A DNA stretch of 57,453 nt from a virus (lineage: Duplodnaviria; Caudoviricetes), in the IMG/VR virus record IMGVR_UViG_3300017700_000813, positions 1-57,453 of that record; one strand, given 5' to 3'. The notes under the pieces were generated by a model. It was not told the DNA's origin and searched no databases. It saw only the letters and a program-made list of their open reading frames with translations. The position numbers were made by a program, and so were the translations under genes. Shown here piece by piece: positions 54,222 to 57,453 of the stretch (position 1 is the stretch's first letter; each line of letters opens with the position of its first letter).

Positions 54222-54241
54222 ATCAACCTCTCAAATTGTAG

Positions 54242-54868
54242 TTACTGCTTTGCGGGATTCGGAACGAGCTTGCCGTCGACATAAACCCAGTCGGGCAGGT
54301 ACTGCTTGGAGCTGGCGCCGCCAACCGTGGCGGCAGCAGCCGGCGACGCGGCGGGATCCGCCACCTCGGGGATGCCTGAGAAGCGCGTGCCGGCACGGCC
54401 CTCGACCATCTCGAAGTCGCCGCCGGAACGAAGGCGCGGGTCGTCGATCGGCATCGACATGATCTTGTTGGTGGTGCGGTCGCGAACGATGATCTCGGAC
54501 GCCTTGCTGTCGGCGCGGCTGGCGTTGGCGGCAGCGATCTGGTTGCCGCCGCGGATCGACTCCAGCTCGCGCTGCTGCTCGGCGCTGAACTTCAGCTCGC
54601 CCATGCGCTGCTCGCCCTGCGCCTCGAGTTCGGCGGCGCGCTGCGCGGCCAGCCGCTCGTCGCGCTGGGCCTGCGATTCGTTCTGCAGCTGGATGTTCTC
54701 GCGCTGGAAGGCGCGGTCCTCGCCGCGCTCCTGCGCGCGAATGGCGGCAAGGCGCTCCTCGCGGAGCGTCTGCGCCTCTTCCATGGCCTTCGTGCGGTAG
54801 AAGTCCGAGACGCCCTTGAGGGCGCCGGCGGCAAAACCCATCAGTGCTCGACGCGTGCGCTTGCCCAT
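54242..54868 (-). CDS. Internal virion/ejection protein
   Basis: N-terminal ALMGFAAGALKG segment plus Gln/Arg/Glu coiled coil; upstream of the giant gene. Confidence 0.65.
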   Translation of the reverse strand: MGKRTRRALMGFAAGALKGVSDFYRTKAMEEAQTLREERLAAIRAQERGEDRAFQRENIQLQNESQAQRDERLAAQRAAELEAQGEQRMGELKFSAEQQRELESIRGGNQIAAANASRADSKASEIIVRDRTTNKIMSMPIDDPRLRSGGDFEMVEGRAGTRFSGIPEVADPAASPAAAATVGGASSKQYLPDWVYVDGKLVPNPAKQ

Positions 54869-54871
54869 GGG

Positions 54872-55447
54872 TTATTCCTGCATCAGGGGTGCGCGCGGTG
54901 CAGCACCCTGCGCCGGAGGCTGCCCGGCAGGTGCGCCCTCGTCAACGGGGGCGTCGTCGGCGAACGGATCCTCGCCGCGGCGCTGGCCGCTGGCGCTGAT
55001 CGTGGCGGCCGCCTCGTCGACGGAACCGTCCTCGGTCATCTGGGCCAGCATCTGCTGCGCGGCCTCCTGCTCCTCAGGCGTGGCGTCGCCGGACATCATG
55101 TACGCCTCGACGGCCGCGAGCATGGCGTCGTCGCGCATGTCCTCGTCGTCGGCGGCCTCGATGATGCCCATGGCTTCGGCCACCTCGAGCAGGCTGTCGA
55201 TGACCTCGGCCGCAACACCGAGCGCCATCTCCATGTCGACGTCGCGGCCGGCGCCCTTGGCCTGCTCGACGGCGGCGCCGGTCATCGTGTAGGCCATGGC
55301 CCCGATGTCCTTCGGGAGATCCTGCGACTTGCGCAAGTGCTCGACGATGCCTTTCTCGCCGGCGCCAAAGATGTGCTTGACCAGACCGGCGGTCATGGTC
55401 TCGAACGTCTCGACCTCCGGATCCATCGCTTCGTTCTGCTGTTCCAT
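54872..55447 (-). CDS. Acidic virion-module protein
   Basis: 191 aa, AAGGA RBS. Confidence 0.65.
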   Translation of the reverse strand: MEQQNEAMDPEVETFETMTAGLVKHIFGAGEKGIVEHLRKSQDLPKDIGAMAYTMTGAAVEQAKGAGRDVDMEMALGVAAEVIDSLLEVAEAMGIIEAADDEDMRDDAMLAAVEAYMMSGDATPEEQEAAQQMLAQMTEDGSVDEAAATISASGQRRGEDPFADDAPVDEGAPAGQPPAQGAAPRAPLMQE

Positions 55448-55456
55448 GATGATTCC

Positions 55457-56188
55457 TTAGCCGCCGTTGGGGTCGTCGTACATCAGGGGCCGGCGGAAAC
55501 TGGTCGGGCCGCCGGTGATGTTCGCGTCATTGAACGCGATCTCGTTGCGCGAGAGCGACTTGTTTCCATCGAGGCCGACGCCGTAGTAGCCCTGCATCTC
55601 GTTCTCGTCCTCGCCGGCGAGCATCGCTTGCGCGGCACCGAGGCCGCCCTGCACCAGCGCCTGACCGCCCGCGGTGTTCCAGAAGCTCTGGGCCGCGGGG
55701 GCGGCGGCACCGGCCACCGGGGTCGGGGGCGCGACGGGAGCCATCGGCGCCGCAGCCGCGGGCGTCGCACCAGCAGCGGCGGCGCCACCAACGGCCTTGA
55801 CCGCGACCGGCGCAACGGCCTTCACCGCGGCCGTCGTTGCCGCGCCCACGGCCTTGGTCAGCCCGCCGGCGGCGAGCTTGCTGGCGGGAGCAACGGCCTT
55901 CAGCGTGGCCAGACCCTTGGTCGCGGCGGTGCCGGCAACCTTGGTGGCGGCCGCGCCGGCCGCGCCCTTCCCGATGCCAACGGCCGCGCCGATCTTTGCC
56001 AACCCGGCTTTCATGGTGGCTCCGATGCCACCGAGGATGCCCTTCGCAGCGAACGTCGCCTTCAGCCCGGCGAGACCGCCGGCCGCAGCGCCCGCGGTGA
56101 ACACCACGGCGGCGGCGATGACGATCTTCTTCCAGTGCTTCTTGATGAATTTGCCGATCTTTTTTACGGCCTTCTTGAGTGCGCTCAC
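55457..56188 (-). CDS. Gly/Ala-rich pilot/ejection protein
   Basis: KKAVKKIGKFIKKHWKKIV followed by Ala/Gly hydrophobic repeats. Confidence 0.7.
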   Translation of the reverse strand: MSALKKAVKKIGKFIKKHWKKIVIAAAVVFTAGAAAGGLAGLKATFAAKGILGGIGATMKAGLAKIGAAVGIGKGAAGAAATKVAGTAATKGLATLKAVAPASKLAAGGLTKAVGAATTAAVKAVAPVAVKAVGGAAAAGATPAAAAPMAPVAPPTPVAGAAAPAAQSFWNTAGGQALVQGGLGAAQAMLAGEDENEMQGYYGVGLDGNKSLSRNEIAFNDANITGGPTSFRRPLMYDDPNGG

Positions 56189-56634
56189 TTCGATTCCTCC
56201 AGCACAAGGTAGTAGACGCGGCCGGCCTGAGAGAAGCCTTCGCGCCCGAACAGTCGATCCTTCGCCTCGATGTCTCCCGGCTCGCTCACACCCATGTCGA
56301 TGCGGCGGATCTTACGCGCGCGGCACCAGTCGACAAAGGCCTTCAGCAGCAGGTCGCCACCTTGGAATGCAGCGAACACGAGGTCGGTCGCACAGAAGCC
56401 ACCACACCACGGCATCGGCATCTTCATACCCACCAGCAGGCCGACGACGTCGGATCCGCGGCGCGCGATCAGCACCACGTTGCTCGCCTCGGCCATGACC
56501 TGCTTGAGCGTGTTGCGCCAGATCACGGCGTTGTATCCCATCGGCGCGTAGGTGATCGACGCCTCGTGCGCACGACGACTGAAGTCCATGATGGACGTCA
56601 GGTCATTGAGGCTGGCGGCGCGCACGGTGATCAC
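56185..56634 (-). CDS. GNAT-fold protein in the virion module
   Basis: ITVRAAS-x-x-D...VVGLLVG...G-x-x-LL-x-x-F-x-x-W...LF-x-R-x-GF-x-x-x-G. Confidence 0.75.
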   Translation of the reverse strand: MITVRAASLNDLTSIMDFSRRAHEASITYAPMGYNAVIWRNTLKQVMAEASNVVLIARRGSDVVGLLVGMKMPMPWCGGFCATDLVFAAFQGGDLLLKAFVDWCRARKIRRIDMGVSEPGDIEAKDRLFGREGFSQAGRVYYLVLEESK

Positions 56635-56637
56635 CTA

Positions 56638-57330
56638 TCAACCCGGCGGCGGCGGCGTGGTCGGCGGGGTGACAACCGGCTGCGTGGCCGTGCCGCCCAT
56701 CGGGTACGGGTTGGCGAAGATCTGGGGCACGCCCTGCGCGAACGCGGCATTGAAGCTCGCCGTGATCGAGGTGAACAACGCACGCGCGTTGTTGGCCGCC
56801 GCCTGCTGCTCGGCCGGCTTGAGCGCCGTGTTCGAGAAGATGGCGGCAAGCTGCTGCGACAGCAGGTTCTCGCGGTTCGCCTGCATGTTGGCGTAGCTGT
56901 CGAAGCGCGCCTGCGCGCGGCTGGCCTCGTTCTGGCCGGCGTTGAACTCGCGATCGAGGGCCGCGCCCTGATCGCGCCACTGACGCTCAATGCCCGCCTG
57001 CGTCGACTGGAAGTCCTGCCCCATCAGCTGCAGGCGCGTCTGCTGGTCGCGATCGAGCGCGCTCTGGCCGCCTTGGAAGCCGAACTGGTTCTCCTGCATG
57101 CCGTACTGGTGGTATCGGTCGCGCCCGGCCTCGCTGCTACGCCAGTCGCGCTCGATGCCGGCTTCGCCCGCTTGGAACTCGCGGCCGATCTTCGCCTCGT
57201 CGGCCTGCGCACGCAGCCCGATGGTCTGGCCCAGCAGGCTCCGGCCCTGCCCCTGATCGGCCATGAGGTCGTCGTTGGTGGCCCGCATGTTCTCGCTGGC
57301 GGTGTTGGCGTACACGCCGGCGTCCGCCTG
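56638..57330 (-). CDS. 3' part of the origin-spanning virion/ejection protein
   Basis: Gln-rich repeats (REFQAGE, QSALDR); in frame with 621-1. Confidence 0.75.
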   Translation of the reverse strand, partial: QADAGVYANTASENMRATNDDLMADQGQGRSLLGQTIGLRAQADEAKIGREFQAGEAGIERDWRSSEAGRDRYHQYGMQENQFGFQGGQSALDRDQQTRLQLMGQDFQSTQAGIERQWRDQGAALDREFNAGQNEASRAQARFDSYANMQANRENLLSQQLAAIFSNTALKPAEQQAAANNARALFTSITASFNAAFAQGVPQIFANPYPMGGTATQPVVTPPTTPPPPG

Positions 57331-57453
57331 CGCGATCGGCGCACCCGCATCGATCGCGGCGCGCTCGGCGGCGCCCATGGCGGTGCTCGACATCAGCATG
57401 CCGCTGGCGGCCGCGCCCTCCTTCGAGCGCAGCCGCGCGCTCTGGATGTAGCG
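57331..57453. repeat. Terminal direct repeat, copy 2
   Basis: Identical to bases 1-123. Confidence 0.95.

Overview
The window is an apparently complete, circularly assembled genome of a GC-rich tailed phage of podovirus type. It is about 57,330 bp, because bases 1-123 repeat exactly at 57331-57453. Spanins and the SSB sequence point to a Gram-negative host, probably Xanthomonadales-like (inference). A long minus-strand late unit runs from about 21.9 kb leftwards through the origin to 44.6 kb. It holds two Gp49-family genes, a lysis cassette with a membrane PAS protein, TerS, spike and Ig proteins, TerL, portal, scaffold, an N4-gp56-type major capsid, tail tubes, a GNAT, ejection proteins and a 3197-aa polyvalent protein. 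A plus-strand early region (22.2-39.2 kb) of small genes is driven by repeated cassettes of promoter, palindromic operator and leader hairpin. A divergent module (39.1-44.7 kb) carries Cro-like, replication and recombination genes. No integrase, DNA polymerase, helicase, tRNA or CRISPR array was recognised. The most notable element is the giant protein, which carries ParB-like, RelA/SpoT (Tas1/Apk-like), zincin protease, HhH-glycosylase-like, Acb1-like 2H phosphoesterase and LPD38-like domains. It also hides two overprinted small genes, one of them antisense directly behind the synthetase domain. A separate early gene encodes an HD alarmone hydrolase. Together these suggest a virion-delivered nucleotide toxin with nested self-immunity. 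All family assignments come from motif recognition by eye, not database searches.
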